Assembly (NCBI GenBank): GCA_044224715.1
Contig: JBGAJV010000010.1
Span: 13,619 to 77,618 of the forward strand
Origin: Anaerolineales bacterium
Lineage (GTDB): Bacteria > Chloroflexota > Anaerolineae > Anaerolineales > UBA6663
Direction: 5' to 3'
DNA length: 64,000 nucleotides
The notes below the pieces were generated by a model that saw nothing but the letters and a program-made list of their open reading frames with translations, made no database searches and was not told the DNA's origin. Position 1 is the stretch's first letter, and every line of letters begins with the position of its first letter. Made by a program: the position numbers and the translations under genes. Positions 1 through 9,260 of this stretch are shown in pieces.

Positions 1-790
1 CACCAAGTACCTGGGCGAGACCTTCGACATCCACGGCGGCGGGCGCGAGAACATCTTCCCGCACAACGAGTGCGAAATCGCGCAGGCCGAGGCGGCCACC
101 GGCAAGACCTTTGCGCGCTACTGGCTGTTGAGCGGCTCGTTGACCCTTGACGGCGTCAAGATGAGCAAGAGCCTCGGCAACGTCGTGCGCATTAAACAGG
201 CCTTGTCCAAGAACCGGGCCGAGGCGATCCGCTACTTCATGCTCTCGGCCCACTACTCGGGCCCGATCGACTACTCCGACGGCGCGCTCGAGGCCTCGAC
301 ACGCGGGTGGGAGCGGATCGCGGGCGCGTACACGGCCGCCGGCCAATGGTTGAACCGAGCCGCCGAAGGCGGCGCGCCGACGACCGAGGTCGCCAAAACG
401 ATCGAGGATCTGCGCAGCCGGTTCGTCGACGCCATGAACGACGACCTCAACGCGCCCGTGGCGCTGACCGTTGTGCAGGAGCTCGCGCGTCTGTCGAACA
501 CGCTGCTGAACGGCGCCGAGCCGCCGGCGGCGGCTGATGTGCGCGCGTGTGTCGCGTTGTTCGACGAACTCGCCGGCGGCGTGCTGGGGATCCTGCCGAA
601 GGCCGACGCGACGGCCAGCGGGTCTGCCGAGCGCGAGGCGGGGCTTGTCGCGCTGTTGATCGAGATGCGCAAGGACGCACGGGCGCGCAAGGACTTCGCG
701 GCCTCCGATCGGATCCGCGATCAACTCAAGGCGTTGGGCGTGGTGCTGGAAGACGGCAAGGCCGGCACCACCTGGAAGTTGGCCAACTGA
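1..790 (+). CDS. cysS: Cysteine--tRNA ligase, C-terminal part (5' end lies outside the window)
   Basis: Frame 2 is open from the window edge. Translation reads [28 protein letters not shown], then the class I aa[10 protein letters not shown] loop, then a helical C-terminal region. Stop at 788-790. Confidence 0.9.
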   Translation, partial: TKYLGETFDIHGGGRENIFPHNECEIAQAEAATGKTFARYWLLSGSLTLDGVKMSKSLGNVVRIKQALSKNRAEAIRYFMLSAHYSGPIDYSDGALEASTRGWERIAGAYTAAGQWLNRAAEGGAPTTEVAKTIEDLRSRFVDAMNDDLNAPVALTVVQELARLSNTLLNGAEPPAAADVRACVALFDELAGGVLGILPKADATASGSAEREAGLVALLIEMRKDARARKDFAASDRIRDQLKALGVVLEDGKAGTTWKLAN

Positions 791-801
791 CGGTCGCAAT
801 G

Positions 802-846
802 CAAACGGGCCAGGGTGCTGACGCGCCCTGGCCCGTTTGTGTTTGG
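802..846 (+). terminator. Rho-independent terminator after cysS
   Basis: Long GC hairpin: caaacgggccagggtgc / gcgccctggcccgtttg with a 4-nt loop, followed by GTGTTTGG. Confidence 0.7.
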
Positions 847-1050
847 GGCTGCCCTCTGGCACAGCGACCGTCACGTGCTGGATCGGTACGAACCACCCAG
901 ACCCGGCAATCCGCGACGTTCAAGTTTGCCCGAGCGCCATCGTGCCAGGCGCTCGCGTGTTCCACCGCCAAGCGAGCACGTAGCTCGAAGCGGTGGGCCC
1001 GCATGGGCAGGCCACTACGGACGGCCGTGAGGGCCGTCGATGCCCGTCGC

Positions 1051-1056
1051 TATAAT
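1051..1056 (+). promoter_or_regulatory. -10 element TATAAT, 6 nt upstream of GTG 1063 (leaderless architecture)
   Basis: The sequence ccgtCGCTATAATC is nearly identical to the context at 4154-4159 upstream of the paralog. No Shine-Dalgarno sequence is possible in the 6-nt gap. Confidence 0.55.
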
Positions 1057-1062
1057 CGGGCT

Positions 1063-4000
1063 GTGTCCGCCCGCTCCGAAACAACATCCAAAGCGTCAAC
1101 GTGGCTGAGCCGTCTGGATTGGCGCTGGCTCGGCCTGCTGTTGTTTCTGCCCGCGCTCTCGCGCTGGTGGTGGAGCGGCCTGCCGGCCGGCGACGATCAC
1201 TACATTCACGTGTACCGGGCCGTCGAGCTGGATTGGGCGCTCTCGCAGGGCGCCAACTACCCGCGTTGGGCGGCGGACCTCGTGTTCGGGTTCGGGTATC
1301 CGCTGTTCAGCGTCCACGGGCCGGCCGCTCACTATGTGATCGTCGGGCTCCATCGGCTGGGGTTGTCGGTCGTGCAGGCCACGCTGGCGTCGTTTGCGCT
1401 GGCCGACGTGGTCGGCGGCCTCGGCGCGTACACGTTGGGGCGGCGCCTGTTCGGCATCCGCGGCGGCGTGTTGACCGCGCTGGCCGCGGTGTATGCCCCC
1501 TACTCCCTGTTGTTCCTCCAACGCGGCGCGCTGCAGGAGATGTTCGGTCTGGCATTGCTGCCGTGGCTCCTGTGGTCGATCCTCGACCTCTTCGAGCGGC
1601 CGGGCGCCTGGACCGTCGCGCGCACGGCGATCCTCTTTGCTCTATTTCCGTTCACCCACAATCCGTCGACGGCTGTGGCGTCGGCCTGCGCCGTGTTCAT
1701 GATCGTGCTGTTGAGCGTCAACGCGCCGCGCGGCCGACGACTGCGCCCGGCCCTGTTCAGCGCTGGCGCTCTGGCGCTTGGACTGGCGCTCTGCGCCTGG
1801 GTCTGGCTCCCGATCGCGTTCGAGATCAGCGCGATCCACATCGATCGCGCCTATAGCCCGCCGCTGCTCGATTATCACTTTCAATTCGTCCGGATCGGCG
1901 AGTTGTTGACATGGCCAAAAGCGTATGATCCATACCTGTTGAACTTCGCCGTCCCGCATGCGGTGGGCTGGCCGCAGCTCCTCCTCGCGGGGTTGGCCCT
2001 GAGCCGACTGCCCCGTCGGCCCGCCCCACTCCGCTTTCTGTTGATCGCCGCGGCCTTCGCGGCCGTGGCCCTGGCCGCGCTCACGCTGCCCGACTCGGTC
2101 TGGATCTGGGATCATCTACCCGGGCTGCGTCTGATCCAGTTTCCATGGCGACTGCTGGGTCCCGGAAGTTTGCTGCTCGCGGTCGTGTGCGGAAGTCTGG
2201 TCGCCGACTCCCCGTCTTCGGTTCGGCCAAACCCGCGCTCCGCGTGGGTCATCGTCGCCGCCGCCGCGGCGCTGACGGTGTACGGTTTGCCCTGGACGTA
2301 CGTCCCGCTGGATCCGAGCGTGTCGGCCAACCCATCGCTGATCGAGATCCAGGATCGCGAGCGCCGAACCCTCACGATCGGAACGACCACGGCCGGCGAG
2401 TATCTCCCGATCTGGGTGCAACAACTGCCCGATGCGACGACCCTGCAGGCCGCCTACGCCGCCGGCGGACCGATCAAGCGGTTGGATCGTGCGTCGCTGC
2501 CCGCGACGACCCTGGTCGTGTCCGAAGAGGCGGCCTACACGCGCCAGCAGGTCGTGCTTGATAGCCCCGTGGCCTTCACGGCCGTGTTCAACGTCTTCTA
2601 CTATCCCGGCTGGTGGGCGACCGTCAACGGCGTCGACGTCGCGCTCACGCCGACGACGCCGACCGGCCTGATCAGCCTGCCGGTCCCGGCCGGACGATCG
2701 ACGATCGTGCTCGACTTCGGGTCGACCGCGCCGCGCGACGTTGGCGGCGCGATCACGGCCGTCAGCCTGTTAGCGTGGTTGGCGCTCGCCGTCCGCGGCC
2801 TGGCGTCGGGTCGAAGCCGGCCGATCTCCAAAGACCCCGACGGCGTAACGCTGCCGGCGTGGGGCTGGGCCGCGGCCGCCGCCGTCGCACTGGCCGTCCT
2901 GGGCCTGCGCGCCGTGAGCCAAACCGTCGACACACCGTTCGTGCGGCTGCGCGCGCCGGACGGCGCGGCGCCATCGGCCCAGCAGCCGACAGTCCTCGAC
3001 TTCGGCGAAGCGCTCCGGCTCAGCGGGTTCACGGCGAGCACCAGCACGGTCGCGGCCGACCAGCCGCTCGAGCTTACGTTGTACTGGCGGCCGATCCTGC
3101 CGGAGCGCGACGACTACAGCGTACAGGTCACCCTGCGCGACGCGGCCGGCGCGTTCTTCGCCCAGTCTGACACGCAGAACCCGGGCAATCGCCCGACCCG
3201 GCTCTGGCCGTTCGAAAGTTACGCGGCGGATGCACACACCCTGAAGCCGTATGCGGCGACGCCGCCCGGCACATACGCCATCATGGCCATGGTGTATCGC
3301 CAGAAGGACGGCCAACCGGTCAGCGGCCCGACGCAGATCGGCACAGTGACGGTCACGTGCCCGACCCAGGCACAGATCGACACACGACGGCAGTCGCTCG
3401 ACATCGCGTTCGGCCCCATCGATTTGACCCAGGTCGACGCACCGGCGACGACAGCGGGCGTCGGCGATCTGTTGCGTGTCACGGCCTACTGGGACGCGCG
3501 CCAACAGACCGATGTGGATCTGCTGGCGCGCATCCGGCTGCTCGACGCGCAGGGGCGCGTGCTGACCAGCGCCGACCTGCCGCCCGTGCGCGCCGACTAC
3601 CCCACCAGCGCATGGGAGCCCGGCTGCCCGGTTCGCGGCGCGCTCGGGCTGCGAGTCCCGGCCGATGCGGCCACCGGCCGCTACACCGTCGACATCCAAT
3701 TGACACAGGGCGACACGGTCCTGAACACGCCGGTGGTCGTCGGGAGCGTGGACGTGCGCGCGCCCGACCGGACCTTCGACGCGATGCCGGTCGATCACGC
3801 CGTCGGGGCCCGGTTCGGCGACGTGGCGGAGCTCGTCGGATGGACCGAGTCGGAGGGGGTCTTGAGCCTTGTCTGGCACGCGCTCGGAGCATCGGAGCGG
3901 CCCCTCGTCGTGTTCGTCCACGCGCTCGACGACTCAGACGCCATCATCGGCCAGGTCGACGCACAGCCCGTGGGCGGCGCGCGACCCACGACGTCGTGGT

Positions 4001-4143
4001 TGGCCGGTGAGTTCATCCGTGACCCATATCGACTGCCCCTATCGACGACGCCTGTCCGCTACCGCGTCGGCCTCTACGACGCGGACACCGGCGCCCGCCT
4101 GACGACGACGTCCGGCGAGGACTTCGTCATCCTGATGCCGTAA
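1063..4143 (+). CDS. Large polytopic membrane protein, YfhO/PTPS-related-like (GT-C-like) N-terminal region plus three C-terminal repeat modules
   Basis: Part of ORF 547..4143. I place the start at GTG 1063 because the upstream extension overlaps cysS, the cysS terminator and the TATAAT. The N-terminus has many TM helices and the loop GDDHYIHVYRAVELDWAL..YPRWAADLVFGFGYPLF. A YfhO-like YYPGWWATVNG segment follows. Three ~120 aa repeats occupy about 2986-4140. Confidence 0.8.
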   Translation: MSARSETTSKASTWLSRLDWRWLGLLLFLPALSRWWWSGLPAGDDHYIHVYRAVELDWALSQGANYPRWAADLVFGFGYPLFSVHGPAAHYVIVGLHRLGLSVVQATLASFALADVVGGLGAYTLGRRLFGIRGGVLTALAAVYAPYSLLFLQRGALQEMFGLALLPWLLWSILDLFERPGAWTVARTAILFALFPFTHNPSTAVASACAVFMIVLLSVNAPRGRRLRPALFSAGALALGLALCAWVWLPIAFEISAIHIDRAYSPPLLDYHFQFVRIGELLTWPKAYDPYLLNFAVPHAVGWPQLLLAGLALSRLPRRPAPLRFLLIAAAFAAVALAALTLPDSVWIWDHLPGLRLIQFPWRLLGPGSLLLAVVCGSLVADSPSSVRPNPRSAWVIVAAAAALTVYGLPWTYVPLDPSVSANPSLIEIQDRERRTLTIGTTTAGEYLPIWVQQLPDATTLQAAYAAGGPIKRLDRASLPATTLVVSEEAAYTRQQVVLDSPVAFTAVFNVFYYPGWWATVNGVDVALTPTTPTGLISLPVPAGRSTIVLDFGSTAPRDVGGAITAVSLLAWLALAVRGLASGRSRPISKDPDGVTLPAWGWAAAAAVALAVLGLRAVSQTVDTPFVRLRAPDGAAPSAQQPTVLDFGEALRLSGFTASTSTVAADQPLELTLYWRPILPERDDYSVQVTLRDAAGAFFAQSDTQNPGNRPTRLWPFESYAADAHTLKPYAATPPGTYAIMAMVYRQKDGQPVSGPTQIGTVTVTCPTQAQIDTRRQSLDIAFGPIDLTQVDAPATTAGVGDLLRVTAYWDARQQTDVDLLARIRLLDAQGRVLTSADLPPVRADYPTSAWEPGCPVRGALGLRVPADAATGRYTVDIQLTQGDTVLNTPVVVGSVDVRAPDRTFDAMPVDHAVGARFGDVAELVGWTESEGVLSLVWHALGASERPLVVFVHALDDSDAIIGQVDAQPVGGARPTTSWLAGEFIRDPYRLPLSTTPVRYRVGLYDADTGARLTTTSGEDFVILMP

Positions 4144-4153
4144 GCGCCGTCGC

Positions 4154-4159
4154 TATAAT
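4154..4159 (+). promoter_or_regulatory. -10 element TATAAT, 6 nt upstream of GTG 4166 (leaderless architecture)
   Basis: ccgtCGCTATAATC, with the same spacing and context as 1051-1056. Confidence 0.55.
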
Positions 4160-4165
4160 CCCGTT

Positions 4166-7100
4166 GTGGCTGTGAGCAAGATCCCGGATCCATCGTCCAA
4201 TGGTCGCGCGTCGTCGCGTTCCACCTGGTTATGGCTGGCGCTTGCGCTGCTATTGCCCGCGCTCTCGCGCTGGTGGCTGCCCGCGCTGCCCGGCGGCCCC
4301 GATCAGGCCGTCCATGTCTTTCGCGCGGTCGAGCTCGATTGGGCGCTGGCGAACGGCGAGTGGTATCCGCGTTGGGCCGCGGACCTCGTCTTCGGGTTCG
4401 GCTACCCCGTCTTCAACGTCTACGGGCCCGGCGCTCAATATGTGATCGTCGGTTTGCACCACCTCGGGCTGTCGTTCGTCGCGGCGACGTTGGCGGCCTT
4501 TATGCTGGCCGACGTCTTGGGCGCGACTGGCGCCTTCGCCCTGGGGCGTGCGCTGTTCGGAGATCGCGGCGGCGTGCTAACCGCGCTGGCCTACGCGTAC
4601 TCGCCGTACGTCCTGATGTCACTGCATCGGGGCGCCCTGCCCGAGGCGTTTGGGCTCGGGCTGCTGCCCTGGTTACTGTGGTCGATCTGGCATCTGCATC
4701 GAGCACCTGACGCCTGGGCCCTGGCGCGCACGGCGTTGTTGCTCGCGATCTTTCCATTCGTCCACAACCCGTCGACGGCGCTGGCCGGCGGATGCGCCGT
4801 CGCGCTGACCATCGCCCTGAGCGTCGCGACGCCCGCTGGCCAACGCTGGCGATCCGCCGCAGCCTGCCTCGGCGCGTTGGCGCTTGGGCTTGTCGTCTCG
4901 GCCTGGTATTGGGCGCCGGTCGTCGGCGAGATCGGCGCGATCCAGATCGCGAGGGCCTACAGTCCACCGGTCCTCGACTACCACTACCACTTCCTGCAAC
5001 TGACCGAGGTTTTCACCTGGCCGCAGCCCTTTGACCGTCACCTGATCGGTGGCGAAACGCCGCGCGCCCTGGGATGGCCACAGGTGGCTTTGGCGCTCGT
5101 CGCTCTGACGACCGTGTCGCGCGCCTCGGGTCGGCAGAGAGCCGCGCTGATCGCGGCGGCCTTCGGCGCGATCCTCCTCACCGGCCTGACCCTGCCGATC
5201 GCGGTCACGGTCTGGGAACGCCTGCCTGGGTTGAGCCTGATCCAGTTCCCGGTACGGCTGCTTGGCCCGGCGAGCCTGCTCCTGGGTCTGCTGGTCGGTC
5301 TGCTCGGCGCGGATCCCGCCTCGAACGGTCCACGCCACGCGACGCCCTGGCTGCTGCCGCTGGCGGCGCTGGGCGTGATCGTGTATGCCCTGCCCTGGAC
5401 CTACGTCGGCCTCGATCCAAGCGTCGCGGAAAACCCGACGCTTGTCGACATTCAAGACTGGGAGCGCCGCACAGGCACCATCGGCACGACGACAGCCGGC
5501 GAGTATCTGCCGATCGGTGTTCAGGCACTGCCGAACGCCGATCGATTGAGCGCGGCCTACGCCACTGGCGCCCCGATCCGACGGCTTGATCCGGCCACGC
5601 TGCCGCCGGGCGCGCGCGTGCTCGCCGAGGACGCCGGATACACGCGCCAGCACGTCGTGATCGACAGCCCAATCGCCTTCGACGCCGTGTTCAACGTGTT
5701 CAACTATCCGGGCTGGCGCGCGACGGTCAACGGCGCCGACGTGGCGCTCGGCACGACCACGCCGGAGGGCCTGATCCGCGTGCCCGTCAGCGCCGGCCGC
5801 AGCGACGTCGTGCTGGACTTTGGCACGACGCCTGTCCGCCAGGTCGGCGGCGCTCTGTCGATAGCCGGGCTGGCCCTTGCGGTCGGGCTGGCGGCGTGGG
5901 GTCGGCGGCGGCGACCGGCGACGCTTCAGACAGCGGGCGTGGGCGGGTCTGTCTGGCTGTGGCCAAGCCTGGGCGCGATCGGCGTCGGGCTGGTCGTGGC
6001 GCGATTACTGACTCTCACTACCGACACGCCCTTCGCGCGCAGCCGTCTGGTCGATGGCGCCGTGCAAGGCCTGCCGCCGCTCAACCTCGACTTAGGCGCC
6101 GCCTTCCGTCTGATCGGGTTGGAGCAAGACGCCACCACGATCCCGGCGGACTCGACGCTCGTGGTCAGCCTGTATTGGCGCGCGTTGATGTCGAGCGCCG
6201 AGGACTACAGCGTGCAGCTCAGTCTGCGCGACGACGCTGGCCGCTTCTTCGGCCAATCCGATTCGCAGAACCCGGCCGGGTTCCCGACCTCGCGCTGGCA
6301 GCTTGATAGCTACGCGCGCGACGTGCATGCGCTCACGCCCTATCCCGGCACGCCGCCGGGCACCTATCGATTGGCCACGACGGTCTACCGTCAGAGCGAC
6401 GGCGTGCCGCTCACCGCACCAATCACCATCGGGTCGGTCGCCGTCACGTGTCCGCGGGTCGCGCCGCGCCTCGAACCCGTGACGACGCTCGACGCGGACT
6501 TCGGCGCGATCACGTTGCGCGGCGTGGATTGGGTGACGGCCGAGGCCGGTGCCGGCGACCGGCTCGGTTTCACCGTGTACTGGGAGCTCGTGGACCAACC
6601 GACCGTCGCGGCGCTGGCGCGCGTGCGGCTCGTCGATGCCGTCGGGGCAATCGCCGTCGAGCAAGAGCTGGCGCCCGTGCGGGACGATTACCCGACGACC
6701 GACTGGCGCCCGGGCTGCCCGCTGCGCGCGCCGCTGGCCCTGCGCCTCCCGGCCGACCTCACCGCCGGCGACTACCGTGTCGAGATCCAGTTGCGCGCCG
6801 CCGGGTCCCCGTTGGGCGACTTCGCGACGCTCGGCCGCGCCCGGGTGACGGCGCCCGCGAGACGCTTCGACGCGCCTTCGGTCGGTCATGCCGTCGGCGC
6901 ACGTTTCGGCGACGTGGCCGAACTCGTCGGCTGGTCAGCCGCCGAGGGCGGGATCGAGCTGGTGTGGAAGTCGCTTGGGGACACCGACGTCAGCTATACG
7001 GTGTTCGCGCACGCCCTGGCGCCCGACGACACGATCCTCAGCCAGAGCGATTCACCGCCGCTGGCCGGCCAACGGCCGACCACCTCCTGGGTGTCGGGCG

Positions 7101-7234
7101 AGTACGTGATCGACGAGCACCCGCTCGCATCCGTCGCGACTTCGCCTCGATACCGCATCGGCCTGTACGATCCGATCACGGGCGCGCGTCTCGTCACATC
7201 CGACGGCGCCGACTTCGTGATCCTGGAGCCGTGA
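4166..7234 (+). CDS. Large polytopic membrane protein, tandem paralog of 1063..4143
   Basis: 1022 aa ORF, collinear with the upstream gene (roughly two thirds identical by eye). It has the same PRWAADLVFGFGYPVF loop, a NYPGWRATVNG segment and three C-terminal repeat modules (about 6090-7231). Confidence 0.85.
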   Translation: MAVSKIPDPSSNGRASSRSTWLWLALALLLPALSRWWLPALPGGPDQAVHVFRAVELDWALANGEWYPRWAADLVFGFGYPVFNVYGPGAQYVIVGLHHLGLSFVAATLAAFMLADVLGATGAFALGRALFGDRGGVLTALAYAYSPYVLMSLHRGALPEAFGLGLLPWLLWSIWHLHRAPDAWALARTALLLAIFPFVHNPSTALAGGCAVALTIALSVATPAGQRWRSAAACLGALALGLVVSAWYWAPVVGEIGAIQIARAYSPPVLDYHYHFLQLTEVFTWPQPFDRHLIGGETPRALGWPQVALALVALTTVSRASGRQRAALIAAAFGAILLTGLTLPIAVTVWERLPGLSLIQFPVRLLGPASLLLGLLVGLLGADPASNGPRHATPWLLPLAALGVIVYALPWTYVGLDPSVAENPTLVDIQDWERRTGTIGTTTAGEYLPIGVQALPNADRLSAAYATGAPIRRLDPATLPPGARVLAEDAGYTRQHVVIDSPIAFDAVFNVFNYPGWRATVNGADVALGTTTPEGLIRVPVSAGRSDVVLDFGTTPVRQVGGALSIAGLALAVGLAAWGRRRRPATLQTAGVGGSVWLWPSLGAIGVGLVVARLLTLTTDTPFARSRLVDGAVQGLPPLNLDLGAAFRLIGLEQDATTIPADSTLVVSLYWRALMSSAEDYSVQLSLRDDAGRFFGQSDSQNPAGFPTSRWQLDSYARDVHALTPYPGTPPGTYRLATTVYRQSDGVPLTAPITIGSVAVTCPRVAPRLEPVTTLDADFGAITLRGVDWVTAEAGAGDRLGFTVYWELVDQPTVAALARVRLVDAVGAIAVEQELAPVRDDYPTTDWRPGCPLRAPLALRLPADLTAGDYRVEIQLRAAGSPLGDFATLGRARVTAPARRFDAPSVGHAVGARFGDVAELVGWSAAEGGIELVWKSLGDTDVSYTVFAHALAPDDTILSQSDSPPLAGQRPTTSWVSGEYVIDEHPLASVATSPRYRIGLYDPITGARLVTSDGADFVILEP

Positions 7235-7263
7235 CGAACAGGCCTCCACGCTCGTCTTCTGGC

Positions 7264-9042
7264 CTAACGCCTCAGGCTCGGCAACCACAGCCGGTCGATC
7301 TGCGACCAGACCGCGACCGACACCGGGGTCCAGATGCCGGTGTTGGCGACGTTGACGGCAGCAGCGCCGGGTGTCGACACGTCGCCGGCGTTCAGCGTCG
7401 CGCGCAACGTCGCGGAATCGACGACGGTCGTCGTGCGCGGCTGGCCGTTCCAGGTGACCGCGCTGCTCGCCGTGAACCCGGCGCCGTGCACGGTCACGAT
7501 CGTGTCGCCGGGTCCAAACGCGGAAGGCGTCACGGTCAGGCCAAGCTCGATCGCGCCGCTTTCGCAGCCCGGGCCCTGCGGACGCGCGAGGCCGCGCTGA
7601 TCGGTCGCCGGGCAGTTGGCGCCGGCGTTCAAGGCAGGGCTGTTCGGCGCCGGCTGCAGGCCAGGCACTGGGCCGGCCGTCCAACCGCCGAGCAGCGGAT
7701 CCGCGATGGTGAGCGACGCGGCGCAATTGGTCTCGTTCCAGTAATTCTGATTGGGGTTGCGGTTCGGGTACTGCAGCGTGCCGCCCAGGTTGGTGAGCGC
7801 CGACGTGCAGTGCTGTTGGATGGCCCAGGGGTTTCCGCCGGTGTTGGCGCTGAACAGCACGTTGCGCAGCGTCAGGGCATCTCCGGCGATGGCGCCGCCG
7901 TTGAACCCGGCCACGTTGTTGGCAAACGTCACATTGACGACGCTGATGGGCGGCTCGCCGCCGAGCAGACTCTCGGCGAACGCGCCGCCGTTGCCGCGTC
8001 GCCAGTCGTCGGCTGCCAGCGCCGCCGGGTTGACGGCGTCGTTGGCGTAGAACGTCACGTTGGTCAGGTTCGCCGAAGCGTCGACCCACACCGCCCCGCC
8101 CTGCGTGTCGGCGTGGTTGCGCAGGAACGCGAGGTTGGTGAGCGTGAGCGGCGGCGTCGCCTGACCCGGATTTCCGCGCCCGAACCAGATGCCGCCGCCC
8201 GTCCCGGCCGCGCCCTGCGTGTTGACGGTTGCGCGATTGCCGTCGAACGTGCTCGCATCGACCGTGACCGACTCGTTGGCGTATACGCCGATGAAGATCG
8301 CGCCGCCGTGATTGTTTGTGAGGTTCCCGGTGAAGGTGTTGCCCTGGAGCAACACCGTGCTGGACTTGGAGAACGAGTTCGCGCCGTCGATATACACGGC
8401 GCCGCCGCCACCGCAGTCGCCCTGAGCGTCGATGTTAGCCGTATGGATCGCCTGATTGCCCGTGAACGTGCTGGACTGAATGGTCAGATCGGTGCGCAGG
8501 CTGTTGATCGCGCCGCCGTTGTTGGCGCGATTGCCGACGAAGACGCTGTCGACCACGGTCGCCGTGCTGCCCCCACCGATGAAGAGCGCGCCGCCTCCGT
8601 CGCAGGTGTTCGCGTCCCGGAGCGCGACGTTGTGGCTGAACATCACCGTGTCGATCGTCAGTGTGTTGTAGAAGCCGACTTTGAACCCGGCGCCCTGATC
8701 CGCGCTGCGGCCGTCGCGCAACGTCAGGTTGCGCAACGTGATGGTGAGGTTGTTATTGCTGATCAGCAGACCCGTGGCGCTGTTGCCCGACAACGTGATC
8801 ACGCCGCCACCGTCGAGGGTCGTGTTTGTCGTGAACGTGATGGGGGCGGCGAGCGTGATCGTCGCCGGGCCACCGCAGTTGAACGTGATCAGGCCGCCCG
8901 CCGTGATGGCCGCGCGCAGGCCGGCCTCCGTGCACGTGGTGACGACGCCGGCGGCGCGGACCGTGATCGGTTTGAGCGTGGCCGCCGTCAGAGCCACGCC
9001 CAAAAGCAGCGAACCCAGGTGTCCAGATAACGAGTTTGGCAT
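7264..9042 (-). CDS. Secreted right-handed beta-helix repeat protein (PMP-like GGAI repeats) with C-terminal IPT/TIG-like domain
   Basis: Start set at ATG 9042 (MPNSLSGHLGSLLLGVALTAATL, signal-peptide-like). It has repeated GGA(I/V/F) ... F.GN motifs, a DQRGLARPQGPGCESGAIEL motif (choice-of-anchor-Q-like), and a terminal TVHGAGFT..VTWNG..T beta-sandwich. Confidence 0.75.
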   Translation of the reverse strand: MPNSLSGHLGSLLLGVALTAATLKPITVRAAGVVTTCTEAGLRAAITAGGLITFNCGGPATITLAAPITFTTNTTLDGGGVITLSGNSATGLLISNNNLTITLRNLTLRDGRSADQGAGFKVGFYNTLTIDTVMFSHNVALRDANTCDGGGALFIGGGSTATVVDSVFVGNRANNGGAINSLRTDLTIQSSTFTGNQAIHTANIDAQGDCGGGGAVYIDGANSFSKSSTVLLQGNTFTGNLTNNHGGAIFIGVYANESVTVDASTFDGNRATVNTQGAAGTGGGIWFGRGNPGQATPPLTLTNLAFLRNHADTQGGAVWVDASANLTNVTFYANDAVNPAALAADDWRRGNGGAFAESLLGGEPPISVVNVTFANNVAGFNGGAIAGDALTLRNVLFSANTGGNPWAIQQHCTSALTNLGGTLQYPNRNPNQNYWNETNCAASLTIADPLLGGWTAGPVPGLQPAPNSPALNAGANCPATDQRGLARPQGPGCESGAIELGLTVTPSAFGPGDTIVTVHGAGFTASSAVTWNGQPRTTTVVDSATLRATLNAGDVSTPGAAAVNVANTGIWTPVSVAVWSQIDRLWLPSLRR

Positions 9043-9260
9043 GGCGCGATCGTACGCGCAGACCGGATCCGCGGCCATGCGAAAAACCGTTGAGATTGGT
9101 TCCGCACGGCGCGGGCCGAGCGCCGACACCCGCTATACTTGGGCCACGCGTGCCCCTTGTCGATGCCCAAAAGAGTTTCGACAGGGAGCGGAGACCCTTG
9201 CGCTCGGAACCGTCCTTCCCGACCGTCCGGGTCCGCCGCCGGACACACGCGCTCGCCTCT

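Noticed and set aside
547-1062. N-terminal 172 codons of the 1,198-aa ORF 547..4143
   Set aside because: The extension overlaps cysS in another frame and runs through the cysS terminator hairpin and the TATAAT at 1051. It is Arg/Gly/Ala-rich read-through typical of GC-rich DNA. The paralog at 4166 starts at the equivalent GTG.
6448-9030. 860-aa plus-strand ORF
   Set aside because: It is out of frame with the 3' end of 4166..7234 and antisense to the beta-helix gene. Its composition is dominated by R, A, G and D, with no motifs. The opposite strand carries clear signal-peptide, PMP-repeat and IPT features.
9036-9260. Full-length N-terminal extension of ORF 9036..11369
   Set aside because: The extension starts inside the divergent gene's start region and upstream of the TATACT element. 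ATG 9261 is kept as the call. The in-frame GTG 9150 (10 nt after TATACT) remains a possible alternative start and is not fully excluded.
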